DNA from: Oceanispirochaeta sp.
Lineage (GTDB): Bacteria; Spirochaetota; Spirochaetia; DSM-2461
Assembly: GCA_963666275.2 (NCBI GenBank)
Contig: CAXXOA010000002.1
Location: forward strand, 480,001 to 544,000
Direction of reading: 5' to 3'
Length of the DNA stretch: 64,000 nt
The number at the start of each line of letters is the position of its first letter. The stretch's first letter is position 1. Under the pieces are notes generated by a model. The model was not told the origin of the DNA, did not search any database, and was given only the letters and a program-made list of their open reading frames with translations. Positions 37,493 through 47,280 of the stretch are shown one piece after another. A program made the position numbers and the translations under genes.

Positions 37493-40400
37493 TCAGTCTC
37501 CAGCGACTTTGATGACTTCTTCCTCATCCTGAACTGTTTCATCCTGTTCGATCAGCTCCATAGAGTCCGGACTGGACTTGAATCTGAGAACATTCATCAT
37601 GAAAATGTTCAGCTTGTTGATAATATTGGGAGGTAACTGATTACCATCCACCTCAATCGACATGGCAGGATAGTTTCTTTCTCTGGCCCAGGGGGTGAAG
37701 ACTCCTTCAATTACCCTTCCGATCAGACAGGCAAAGGGAGAAATATTCACGATTCCTGAATATCCTTCCTCCATAGCCGTGGCGGCGACACCGCTGGATA
37801 TCGCTATTTCCGAGTTGAGTTCCAGATTGACAAAATTTTCAGAGGTAATCTTCATGATTTTTTTCATATCATGAGGAGTATGGGGGATCAGGTCGGCATG
37901 TTTCAGCTTTCCTTTTACCTTCCGCTCTATGTGATGTTTCCAGGCCATTTCAAGATGGAGCTTGAGAAGATCCTTCATTTCGCTGCTGAAAGGCCTCTGG
38001 AGAGGATTTTTCAGCTTGAGCCTCTTGTTCAGATCGTACTCCCTGACAAAGTCCAGATAGTGGATCCATTCGGAAATACCGGATACTTTGGCAATGATGT
38101 TCTTTTTACTCATCAGATCTACCAGTTCATCTACGGCAAAGTCATCCCTTCTGACGTAGATTTCACCCACAATCAGAACTCTGGGAACCTGATGGATGGT
38201 TTTCTTCAGAGGAATCTTTGCCACCTCTTTAGAGACATACTCCAGTTTGGGGTAGACCGTGGGGAAATCTTTTTCAGCGGCTCTGGTCAGCTCTTTCCAG
38301 AGGCTGTTGTAGGTTCTCAGGGCTTCATCGGGATTTTCCGCACAGGCTCTCAGAGAGGTCTGAATATCCTTCATATAGTCTGAGATCACAAGACCCTGCC
38401 ACATATAGCGGGTGAAATAGGGCCCCAGTTCGGTATAGGAGTTGTCCGCGCTCATGGTGAAGACAACGACATTTTCAAGACGCAGATCCCTGAAGAGGTT
38501 TTCATAGAATACAAAATACTGTCCGGTCCGGCAGGGGCCGGTGGTTATGGGTACAAAAAGGAGATAGATTTCATCTTTCCGGTACTCCGGTGAGTTGATG
38601 AATTTCAGGGCACTTCCCAGAACCAGATGGCTCGGAACGCACTCCTTGCCGGAGGCATGGCTTCTGGCCAGCTGGAGGGTCAGGGAGTCGGCAACAGGCA
38701 GAGCCTGGGCATGGTATCCGGAAGACCGGATAATGGATGCCATCATCTCTGTGGCCAGGTCTCCCATATTGGAAAGGAGCATTTTCACTTTGGGATTGTT
38801 CTTCAGCGGGATCTTCTCATCTGTTCTGGCATCATGGATATGAAGTTCATCTTTTCCGTTATTCACAAATTTCAGGCCGTTGTCATAGCGGTTCAGAAGG
38901 TCCGTATCCTTTCTGGAACGGTATCCGTCAATGATATCCAGGAAGGCTTCGATCCTGGTATCCACACCCGCATCAGCAGAATGAGAGTCCAGTTCCAGAA
39001 TCAGGAAGGGTTTTGTTCCCATCATCCACTTCAGATAGTGCAGGATAAATGAGTCGGGTGCACAGGAGAAGTTGGTAATGTAGGTTACATAGATATTAGG
39101 TTCATCCTTCAGCATGGAGGCGGCCTTCATATCCAGCTGCCCGTAGTACCAGTACATATTGTCAAAGATTTTTTCCTCTTTCACAGGAAGGATATCAAAT
39201 GGAATGATAGAGAAGCCGCGGCTGCTGAACTTCCGGGGAATTCCCATATTCGCTTCGGGTGTGAAGGCGTTGTAGGGACGTCCCAGAAGGGCTATGACCG
39301 GTCTGTTGCTCTCTTTCGCCTCTTCCAGGGCTCGTCTTCCCAGGTTCAGGGCGGCCTTCTGATACTCCTGCTGCTTTCTCAGGGCTACCTTAAAGGCTTT
39401 GCTGATTTCATCCTGCGGGATGGAGAGCTGTTCTCCCATCTGGTGGAAATATTCCAGTGCTTTGGTTTCGCCGAATTTAAAAGTCACAATCAGAGGGATC
39501 AGTTTGGATTCGGGAACATCAGGGAAGGCCTTCTTAATATAATAGGGCAGACTCTGAGTGATGGGACAGAAGTTGGCGTGTACATCCTTCTCCATACTGG
39601 GCATGTCCCTGTAGTGGGGAACAAAGATATAATCTGTTTTCTTGTTGATAATGTCCTGAACCGCTCCATGAGCGATCTCCGCAGGGAAACAGTAGGTACT
39701 TTCCGCTCTGGCGACACCCTTGTGGTCGATCTCATCGGAGAGGACTGTTTTTATTCCCAGTTCATGAAAAAACCAGGAGTAGAGGGGGTAGAGGGTATGG
39801 ATTGAGAATGCCCGGGGAATACCCACAGTAAAGGCTCTTTTTGTGGAAAAGTCTTCGGATTTGGGAGCAAATGTCTCAAACATCAGCTTATTCCGCTCAT
39901 CGATATAGTTGATAACCTCGCCGACAGCTTCTGTTTTTTTGCTTGTGTTGGTGTACTTGCTGCAGCGGCCGCCGAACATATATTTATGACCGTTTACATT
40001 GAGGATCTGAATCGGACAGAAGTTATCGCAGGATTTACAGGTAAATACCCTGTCATACTCGATCTGTGTGTCCAGAGCGGCTTCAAGATCGTAATTTCCG
40101 GCTTCAAGAAGGCCTTCCTGATACTTCTGCCGTGCCAGTACGGCGACTCCGAAACATCCCATGAGTTCGGGTGCCGGGGGAACGAGGATCTCCTTGTCCA
40201 GCAGCATGGCAAATGCCAGGGGAACAGCCTTGTTTTTGGCCACTCCGCCCTGAAGGAAGATTTTCCGCCCGATGGTTCTGTTTCCCACGACTCTGTTCAG
40301 ATAGTTGGAAACAATGGATGTGACGATTCCGGCTGTAATGTCCTCACGGCGGGCTCCCTGCTGGATGGCCTTCCGGATATCCGAGTTGATAAAGGCTGAA

Positions 40401-41809
40401 CAATGCTCTCCGAACTTCAGAGGATTATCCGCTTTTAGGGCGATCTCGCCGATTTCCCAGGCATGGGCTATGTTCAGGTCTCCCGCCGCAGACTCTTCCA
40501 GGAAGGATCCGGTACCTGCGGAACAGGCTTCATTCATGGCATAGTCGATGGGGACCCGGTTTTCCAGTAGGACATATTTGGCATCCTGTCCGCCGATTTC
40601 AAATATGGTATCTACATCACTGCTGAAAAAAGTGGTTCCATGGGAGTGGGCGATGATTTCGTTGTAGACGCCCTGGGTTTCCATAAACACACCCAGAATT
40701 TCTCTGGAAGATCCTGTGGTGGAGCAGAGCGGAATCTTAATGGAAGATTCATCGCCGATATCCTTATGGATCTTCTTGCGGAGTTCAATGATGCAGTTTT
40801 TCAGCGCAGTTACAGGGTCTCCATGGGTTCTTCCGTAATGGGCGGCTACGATCTCACTTGTTTCCATATCTATCAGACAGGCTTTTGTTGTGGTGGAACC
40901 GCCGTCAATTCCGAGAATATATTCTCTGTCGGGTTTGACTGCTCCCACCTGAGTTTCCAGGTATTTCACCTTGTCTTCCGCGGTTTTCAGATCTTTATAG
41001 CGGTCGAAACGAATGACACTCTTCTTCAGAATTTTTTCTGCTCCGGGAAGAGGTGATCCGGATTCTCCTGCCAGATGAGCCGCACCGAGGGCTTCAAAAT
41101 AGGGGGCTTCCTCAGGAATGATATAGCTAATGTCCGGAGTTTTCTCCTGCATAAACCGGAGGATATGCTTGTTTTTTGTAATTCCTCCGGTAAGCAGAAC
41201 CTGACCTTTCTCTATTTTTGCCCTGTCCAGAAAATCCGCGACCTTGGTGGCCATCACGTCACTCAGAGAAAGGACAATGTCATCTTTTGTCGCCTGCTTT
41301 TTATTCAGTCTGTGAGTACAGTCGCTCTTCATAAAGACCGAACAGCGTGAGGAGAGAGAGATGACTTTACTGTCATCAGCCACCTGATTCACGTTATCCA
41401 GGGTCATGTCCATCCTGGCAAGCTGCTGTTTAAAAAATTCTCCTGTACCGGACGCACACTTGCTGCCGGAGAAGTTGTTGACGATCTTATTGTTTCCGTC
41501 GATGGTGTAGACCACAAGATCTTCACCGCCCATACTGACCACAGCATCCACTTTGTGGCCTGTGACTTCCAGGGCTTTTTCTATACACACCGGTTCAATG
41601 ACCGAATTGGTCGCCAGAAGAAACCTTCCTTCCGTTCCGGTTGCCAGTGCGGGAATTCCCTCTTCAAGCTGGGATTCTCTCAGGACTTTTATGATGGCAC
41701 TCTGAAAGTCTCCTTCGTGGGGAACCACCTTGTTCCAGAGTTCTTTTCCATTTTCGATAACAACAGTTTTCAGGCTAGAGCTGCCAATGTTAATTCCGAT
41801 ACTTTTCAT
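37493..41809 (-). CDS. 2-hydroxyacyl-CoA dehydratase activase-like fusion (two BadF/BadG ATPase domains + DUF2229-like domains)
   Basis: GINIGSSS, KCASGTG, GIDGGSTTTK, EIGGQDAK, MNEACSAGTGSF, CKSCDNFC, CFPAE, FSCAPD, GPCRTGQY. Confidence 0.88.
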   Translation of the reverse strand: MKSIGINIGSSSLKTVVIENGKELWNKVVPHEGDFQSAIIKVLRESQLEEGIPALATGTEGRFLLATNSVIEPVCIEKALEVTGHKVDAVVSMGGEDLVVYTIDGNNKIVNNFSGSKCASGTGEFFKQQLARMDMTLDNVNQVADDSKVISLSSRCSVFMKSDCTHRLNKKQATKDDIVLSLSDVMATKVADFLDRAKIEKGQVLLTGGITKNKHILRFMQEKTPDISYIIPEEAPYFEALGAAHLAGESGSPLPGAEKILKKSVIRFDRYKDLKTAEDKVKYLETQVGAVKPDREYILGIDGGSTTTKACLIDMETSEIVAAHYGRTHGDPVTALKNCIIELRKKIHKDIGDESSIKIPLCSTTGSSREILGVFMETQGVYNEIIAHSHGTTFFSSDVDTIFEIGGQDAKYVLLENRVPIDYAMNEACSAGTGSFLEESAAGDLNIAHAWEIGEIALKADNPLKFGEHCSAFINSDIRKAIQQGARREDITAGIVTSIVSNYLNRVVGNRTIGRKIFLQGGVAKNKAVPLAFAMLLDKEILVPPAPELMGCFGVAVLARQKYQEGLLEAGNYDLEAALDTQIEYDRVFTCKSCDNFCPIQILNVNGHKYMFGGRCSKYTNTSKKTEAVGEVINYIDERNKLMFETFAPKSEDFSTKRAFTVGIPRAFSIHTLYPLYSWFFHELGIKTVLSDEIDHKGVARAESTYCFPAEIAHGAVQDIINKKTDYIFVPHYRDMPSMEKDVHANFCPITQSLPYYIKKAFPDVPESKLIPLIVTFKFGETKALEYFHQMGEQLSIPQDEISKAFKVALRKQQEYQKAALNLGRRALEEAKESNRPVIALLGRPYNAFTPEANMGIPRKFSSRGFSIIPFDILPVKEEKIFDNMYWYYGQLDMKAASMLKDEPNIYVTYITNFSCAPDSFILHYLKWMMGTKPFLILELDSHSADAGVDTRIEAFLDIIDGYRSRKDTDLLNRYDNGLKFVNNGKDELHIHDARTDEKIPLKNNPKVKMLLSNMGDLATEMMASIIRSSGYHAQALPVADSLTLQLARSHASGKECVPSHLVLGSALKFINSPEYRKDEIYLLFVPITTGPCRTGQYFVFYENLFRDLRLENVVVFTMSADNSYTELGPYFTRYMWQGLVISDYMKDIQTSLRACAENPDEALRTYNSLWKELTRAAEKDFPTVYPKLEYVSKEVAKIPLKKTIHQVPRVLIVGEIYVRRDDFAVDELVDLMSKKNIIAKVSGISEWIHYLDFVREYDLNKRLKLKNPLQRPFSSEMKDLLKLHLEMAWKHHIERKVKGKLKHADLIPHTPHDMKKIMKITSENFVNLELNSEIAISSGVAATAMEEGYSGIVNISPFACLIGRVIEGVFTPWARERNYPAMSIEVDGNQLPPNIINKLNIFMMNVLRFKSSPDSMELIEQDETVQDEEEVIKVAGD

Positions 41810-42020
41810 ACGTTATGGCTTTCCTTCTATGTAGAATGGGAGAAATCCCGTAAATTCCTCATTTTATATGACAGAATTGAATGATCTGTCTATTTAATAG
41901 GATTAACTGATATTATTCTTAAAGTTGGCAGTTTTGTCTATCTGGTGAACCGTGGTTTTTGTCATTTGCCCGCTCTCCGGTTCTTGTCATTTCCCCCATT
42001 CTCTGCAAAAATCCATAGCC

Positions 42021-43073
42021 ATGAAGATAGCCGTATTATTATCGGGGGGCGTGGACAGTTCCGTTGCTCTCAGACGCCTCCAGGATGAAGGATATAAAGA
42101 CATTACCGCCTATTACCTTAAAATCTGGCTGGAAGATGAACTGAGTTTTCTGGGGGAGTGTCCCTGGGAAGAGGATCTGGAATATGCCCGGGAGGTTTGT
42201 GAACAGGCCGGGGTTCCTCTGAAAGTTCTGCCTCTGCAGCAGGAGTATTATGACAGGGTAGTATCCTATACGGTATCGGAACTGAAAAAAGGCCGAACTC
42301 CCAGTCCGGATATATTCTGTAATCAGAGAGTGAAATTCGGAGCTTTTTTTGACAAGGTCAACGAGGAGTTCGACAAGGTCGCCACCGGTCATTACGGTGT
42401 GGTGGAAGAGATTGACGGTCTTTACTATCTCAAGCGCTCTCCCGATCCTGTGAAAGATCAGTCCTATTTCCTCTCCCATCTCTCACAGCAGCAGATCTCA
42501 AAGATCCTTTTTCCCATCGGAGGCCTCATTAAAGAGGAGGTCCGGGTTCTGGCGGAGAAGTATGATCTTCCCAACAAGGCCAGGAAGGACAGTCAGGGAA
42601 TCTGTTTTCTGGGAAAGATAAAATACTCGGATTTTATCAAACACTATCTGGGAGAACAGGAAGGGGAAATCCGGGAGAAAGAAACCGGAGAAGTTCTGGG
42701 AAAACACAGGGGATTCTGGTTTTATACCATCGGTCAGCGTCAGGGGCTGGGGCTGAGCAACGGTCCCTGGTATGTCACCGGGAAAGACCTGGAAAAAAAT
42801 ATCATCTATGTCTCTTCAAGCTTTAATGTGATGGATCAGAAAGTGCAGACTTTTACTGTCTGCGAGCCCAACTGGATCAGCAAAAAACCCTCAAAGAGCG
42901 AACTGAGTCTGAAGCTCCGCCATGGACCCAGAATCAATCAGTGCATCGTCAGATGGCTGAGTCCGGACAGGCTGGAAGTGACTATGGACGAGGGCGATAA
43001 AGGGGTTGCTCCGGGGCAGTTCGCTGTTTTCTATGACGGGGAAATCTGCCTGGGCGGGGCGAGAATCGAGTAG
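42021..43073 (+). CDS. mnmA: tRNA-specific 2-thiouridylase
   Basis: SGGVDSSV, TPSPDIFCN, ATGHY, KDQSYFL, DSQGICF, TIGQRQG, APGQ. Confidence 0.97.
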   Translation: MKIAVLLSGGVDSSVALRRLQDEGYKDITAYYLKIWLEDELSFLGECPWEEDLEYAREVCEQAGVPLKVLPLQQEYYDRVVSYTVSELKKGRTPSPDIFCNQRVKFGAFFDKVNEEFDKVATGHYGVVEEIDGLYYLKRSPDPVKDQSYFLSHLSQQQISKILFPIGGLIKEEVRVLAEKYDLPNKARKDSQGICFLGKIKYSDFIKHYLGEQEGEIREKETGEVLGKHRGFWFYTIGQRQGLGLSNGPWYVTGKDLEKNIIYVSSSFNVMDQKVQTFTVCEPNWISKKPSKSELSLKLRHGPRINQCIVRWLSPDRLEVTMDEGDKGVAPGQFAVFYDGEICLGGARIE

Positions 43074-43861
43074 TCTCGGGCTGCCCGGACAACGGCTTCG
43101 GCGTTGTCTGAAAAAATCCCGTCTACACCGGCTGCAAAGAGCCTTTTCATCTCTTCCGGGTCATTAATGGTCCATACCTGGATAACGATCTCACGCCGGG
43201 AAGCCCAACGGATCAGTTTTTTTGTCAGAACCGGTATACCCTTATGGGAGACAGGGATCTGGATGACTCTGCTTTTTCTTTCTCTCAGTGCCTTTACTGA
43301 ACCGCCGAAGAGATAGGCGCAGAGGAGCTGAATCATCTCTTTTTTTGAAATTGAGGTATCAACTCCGGGGGCTGCCCGGCGAAACTCCTGCAGTACCCCA
43401 TGATGAAAAGAGCCGATACAGACCCGCTTTTCCGCGCCGACGGCACGGAAGATCTCAGCGGCCGCTTCGGCAAGGGCGGGGTTGTCGTCTTTCAGATCGA
43501 TATTGAACCGGGTCTGAGGAAACTGTTCCAGCGCTTCCCTGAGAAGGAGGGGATGAATCCCCTTGTCCCGGAAGGGGAAGGTTTTCCCTCCGTCCGGGGT
43601 AAAAAGGGCTCCCGCATCAATTCCTGCCAGTTCAGATTTCCTTATCAGAGAGATATTCCTTTCATCACCCGAGACCCGGCTGAAATTGTCATCATGCCAG
43701 ATCAGAACCTCCCCGTCTGCGGTCAGGTGAACATCCGTCTCAATCACATCCACTCCGAGCCTTGTGGCGGCGGCAAAGGAAACAGCCGTATTTTCCGGAA
43801 AATGGAGACTGTCTCCTCTATGGGCGAGGGAGCGGGGCATGGGGGTAAAAAAATCAGCCAT
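43031..43861 (-). CDS. Glycerophosphodiester phosphodiesterase
   Basis: AHRG, PENT, IETDVH, HD, NIDLK, WTIND, GVDGIFSD; 3' end overlaps mnmA. Confidence 0.93.
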   Translation of the reverse strand: MADFFTPMPRSLAHRGDSLHFPENTAVSFAAATRLGVDVIETDVHLTADGEVLIWHDDNFSRVSGDERNISLIRKSELAGIDAGALFTPDGGKTFPFRDKGIHPLLLREALEQFPQTRFNIDLKDDNPALAEAAAEIFRAVGAEKRVCIGSFHHGVLQEFRRAAPGVDTSISKKEMIQLLCAYLFGGSVKALRERKSRVIQIPVSHKGIPVLTKKLIRWASRREIVIQVWTINDPEEMKRLFAAGVDGIFSDNAEAVVRAARDYSILAPPRQISPS

Positions 43862-45027
43862 CAGAAGCTGCTTTCCAGAATGGTAAGTATTTCCTCTTCG
43901 GAAAAAGGATAGGGATTGTTTTTATTTCCTGAAAGGGATGCCGCTTTTTTCAGTTCCTCCCGGGGGAGACCGTACTCTTTCAGACTGGGCAGAGACGCCT
44001 GGTCGGCCCAGAGATCCAGCTGACTGATGAGGGCAAGAACCGCCTTTTCCAGAGACAGATCCCTGTTTCCTTTTATATACCTCCCCAGCTGGGCCGCTTT
44101 CTTCAGGGAGGAGTTCTCCGGATCATTCTGAAGCAGATTGCTGAGGGTCAAGCGCATGACAGGAGGCATCAGGATGCCGCAGGCCAGTCCATGAGGAATG
44201 GGATAGAGTCCTCCCAGAACTCCGGCAATGCCGTGGACTGTTCCCAGTCCGGCATTCGCCAGGGTCAGGCCCGAGAGAGCTGCGCCCAGAGAGATGTCTT
44301 CTCTGTTCCCGGCATCCGCTTTATCCTCCAGGAGCGGGGTAAAGGACCGGAAAAAACCTTCCAGTCCCTGACGGGCCAGTGCGTCTGTCAGAGGCGAGGC
44401 TCCGGTGGAGAGGAAGGATTCCAGCAGCTGGCTGAAGGCATCCATTCCACAGGATGCGCTGATCTGACGGGGCAGATATTCCAGCCAGTCCGGATCAATG
44501 ATTGCCGTGTCGGGGATAAAGTTGTCGTGCCTGAGGGACTTTTTGAAGCCTTCAGGTCCGGGACGGCTGATAACAGCATTTTTGGTGCATTCACTACCTG
44601 TGCCGGCTGTCGTGGGCAGGGCGATGAAAGGAACTTTTCTGCCCGAAGGATCTTTTGTTCCCACTCCCTCCAGAAAATCTTCTATGGAACCCTCTTCGCA
44701 GAGCATGGCTGAAACGGCTTTTGCCGCATCAAGCACACTGCCTCCTCCCAGGGCGGCAACAGCTCCTATCTGACGGTCCCGCATTTCGCCGGTGATTCCA
44801 TCTACAATTTCAGGAGAGGGCTCTCCTGTTACTGTTTTGTAGAATATCTCTCCCCCCCTGCCTTTCAATGAGATTTTCAGATTTTCAAAGCGGGGCGTTT
44901 CCGATACGGACCTACCTGTGATAAACAGGACATTTCCCCTGGACGGATCAAGAATTTCTGCAAGTTTCTCAGTTTTTCCCTGTCCGAACAGGATCTTTTT
45001 ATTCGCAGAGAAGGAAAAATCTACCAT
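43861..45027 (-). CDS. Iron-containing alcohol dehydrogenase
   Basis: GEPS, GGGSVLDAAK, PTTAGTGSE, DAFSQ, GLGTVHG, PHG; ATG 45027. Confidence 0.92.
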   Translation of the reverse strand: MVDFSFSANKKILFGQGKTEKLAEILDPSRGNVLFITGRSVSETPRFENLKISLKGRGGEIFYKTVTGEPSPEIVDGITGEMRDRQIGAVAALGGGSVLDAAKAVSAMLCEEGSIEDFLEGVGTKDPSGRKVPFIALPTTAGTGSECTKNAVISRPGPEGFKKSLRHDNFIPDTAIIDPDWLEYLPRQISASCGMDAFSQLLESFLSTGASPLTDALARQGLEGFFRSFTPLLEDKADAGNREDISLGAALSGLTLANAGLGTVHGIAGVLGGLYPIPHGLACGILMPPVMRLTLSNLLQNDPENSSLKKAAQLGRYIKGNRDLSLEKAVLALISQLDLWADQASLPSLKEYGLPREELKKAASLSGNKNNPYPFSEEEILTILESSF

Positions 45028-45329
45028 TGGGTCCTCTCTCCGGGAAAATGCGGCTGGTATTGTACCCCTTTCCTGGGTTCTGCCATCCAGGGCGCCACGG
45101 TCTCCCTCCACTTCAGATAGTGGGCTGTCTCTTTGTGTGAGACAACGGCTTCTTCGGAATCGTAGACCTCATAAAGAAAAAAACGGGTAGGATCGTCACT
45201 TTTCTGAAGGACATCAAAACGGATATTTCCCGGTTCTTTTCTTGTTTTTTTATGGTTCTCTTCGGTGGCGGTAAGAAACTCGCTTTCATTTCCTCTGGTG
45301 ACAGTGACTTCTACACAATAGACAATCAT
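45021..45329 (-). CDS. LsrG-like / ABM-family cofactor-independent isomerase or monooxygenase
   Basis: NH..TRKEPGNIRFDVLQ, FFLYEVY, HKETAHYLKWR..VAPWMAEPR. Confidence 0.85.
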   Translation of the reverse strand: MIVYCVEVTVTRGNESEFLTATEENHKKTRKEPGNIRFDVLQKSDDPTRFFLYEVYDSEEAVVSHKETAHYLKWRETVAPWMAEPRKGVQYQPHFPGERTQW

Positions 45330-45365
45330 GGGTATTCTCCTCTCTTGGGGTTGGTGATCACAAAA

Positions 45366-46913
45366 TCAGGGTAAGGTATATATTGTATTATAACAGGATT
45401 CGCTGAGACTTGAATGGTTTTTCCTGTAAAAACCTAGAGCTCTGGGAAGATACCTGATGATATCAGAGGCTGTAAAAGAGTCCTGGGGTATCTCCTCCTC
45501 AGCCAGCTGAGCTGTCAGGCCGTGCAGAAGAACAGCTGCTTTCACAGCATCTTCCATCCCCAGTGTGGCTGTCAGTCCTGCAATTATGCCCGTCAGGACA
45601 TCCCCGCTGCCGGCTGTTCCCAAAGCGGAGTTGCCTGTCATATTGAGGAATTCTCTCCCGTCGGGCGTTTTTATTGCGGAATGCGGCCCCTTGTAAACTG
45701 TAATGGCCTGAAAGGCCTTTTCTATGGTTTCTCCTGAGGGCAGATCCCTTCTGAGGACACGCTGTTCTCCCGCATGGGGTGTCAGAACCGTTGCGGCCTT
45801 TCTGTTTCGGGTCCATTCCGGATGGCCTGCCAGAGCATGGAGGGCATCCGCATCGATAATGACGGGAACTGGGATAGCGGGGATCAGCTTTTCCAGGAGG
45901 TTCTGGACCTGTATGCTCCTGGTGATGCCCGGGCCGAGGATGACGGCGGTATGCCTTGAGGACAGTTCGAGAAGTTCCTCCCCGTTAGCTTCGCTGAAAC
46001 CGTGATGTTCATCACTTTTCATGGGAGCAAGGACTGCCTCCGGGCAGAGGCGTGAAAAAGAGGATCCCAGCTGTTCGGGAAGTGCTGCCGTGACAAATCC
46101 TCCTCCGCTCCTGAAAACCGCCTGTGCCGCCAGGGCAGGGGCTCCGAAATAGGTTTTTCCTCCGCCTATAATAAGAATCTTTCCAAAACTGTTCTTGTAG
46201 CCCTCCTGATTCCTGGGGGGCAGGGGCGGGGGGAGATTCACTTCAGAGGTCAGTGCCCTGCTGTCATAGAGAGAAGGAGGAAAGGATATGCGGGAACAGA
46301 AGAGTGTGCCGTTTTCTTCGTAACCCGGATAGAGAAGATTTCCCCGTTTGGGAGAACCGAAAGTGACAGTGGCCGAGGCTCTGACAGCTTTCCCTTCAAT
46401 GGCTCCTGTGGAACCGTTTATTCCCGAGGGAATATCCAGAGAGAGAACCGGAAGGCTCCTTTCATTAATAAGCTGAATTATCTGTGCATATAGGCCGCTC
46501 ACAGGCCGGTTGAGGCCTGTCCCCAGAAGAGCATCCACAAGATAGTCTGCCTTATCCAGAATCTGTGAAAACTCCTTTATCTGCGGGTTCTCCATAAGAG
46601 GGATCTGAATTTTTTTCAGAGAGTGGTAATTCGTAAGGGTTACGGGAGTGAACTTTCCGGAATCTCCGAAAAGGATTACAGTGAAAGGAAACTTCAGGGA
46701 GAAAAGCTTTCTTGCCAGAGCAAAGCCGTCTCCTCCGTTATTTCCGGAACCGCAGATAATCAGTCCATTTTTTCCTGAGGGCTGTATCTGTTTCATTAGA
46801 ACTGCCATGGATGCGGAGGCAGCATTTTCCATAAGGATCCCTTCCGGGATCCCCAGTTTTTCCGAGGCGGATAAATCAAGATCCCGCATTTCTGCAGGAG
46901 TCAGAATCTTCAT
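45366..46913 (-). CDS. nnr: Bifunctional NAD(P)HX epimerase/dehydratase
   Basis: LMENA, GSGNNGGDG, DALLGTG, DIPSG, LGPG, DADAL, TPH.GE, GTAGSGDVL.G. Confidence 0.94.
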   Translation of the reverse strand: MKILTPAEMRDLDLSASEKLGIPEGILMENAASASMAVLMKQIQPSGKNGLIICGSGNNGGDGFALARKLFSLKFPFTVILFGDSGKFTPVTLTNYHSLKKIQIPLMENPQIKEFSQILDKADYLVDALLGTGLNRPVSGLYAQIIQLINERSLPVLSLDIPSGINGSTGAIEGKAVRASATVTFGSPKRGNLLYPGYEENGTLFCSRISFPPSLYDSRALTSEVNLPPPLPPRNQEGYKNSFGKILIIGGGKTYFGAPALAAQAVFRSGGGFVTAALPEQLGSSFSRLCPEAVLAPMKSDEHHGFSEANGEELLELSSRHTAVILGPGITRSIQVQNLLEKLIPAIPVPVIIDADALHALAGHPEWTRNRKAATVLTPHAGEQRVLRRDLPSGETIEKAFQAITVYKGPHSAIKTPDGREFLNMTGNSALGTAGSGDVLTGIIAGLTATLGMEDAVKAAVLLHGLTAQLAEEEIPQDSFTASDIIRYLPRALGFYRKNHSSLSESCYNTIYTLP

Positions 46914-46916
46914 TTC

Positions 46917-47189
46917 CTATTCCGGTTCGAGGCCCCAGAACTGGAAAATCTCAGATTGGATCCACATGAAGTTACTGTTTTCTGTAGGAATCAGAAACTG
47001 GGATGTTTCCACATTGGATTCATCTTCAGCAATGATTGTGACATCTTTCACGGCCAGAACAGGATAAACTTTATTGGAATGAAAATTCTTGGCAATTTTC
47101 AGGTACTCTTCAGAAATGTAGGGAAAAAAGTCTTTTCTCTGTTTTGAATAATCTTCTCGTATCTTTACAAAGAAAACGCCGGTTCTCAT
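46917..47189 (-). CDS. Small hypothetical protein (90 aa)
   Basis: SD GGGAG; 3 nt from the nnr start; same strand. Confidence 0.7.
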   Translation of the reverse strand: MRTGVFFVKIREDYSKQRKDFFPYISEEYLKIAKNFHSNKVYPVLAVKDVTIIAEDESNVETSQFLIPTENSNFMWIQSEIFQFWGLEPE

Positions 47190-47280
47190 ATAAAAACTCC
47201 CTATATGTTTGGTCTTTTGGGATCATTATACAGGAACTCCCTTTTTTTGGCTTCCATTTTTTATTAATTCCGGGAGGTTT

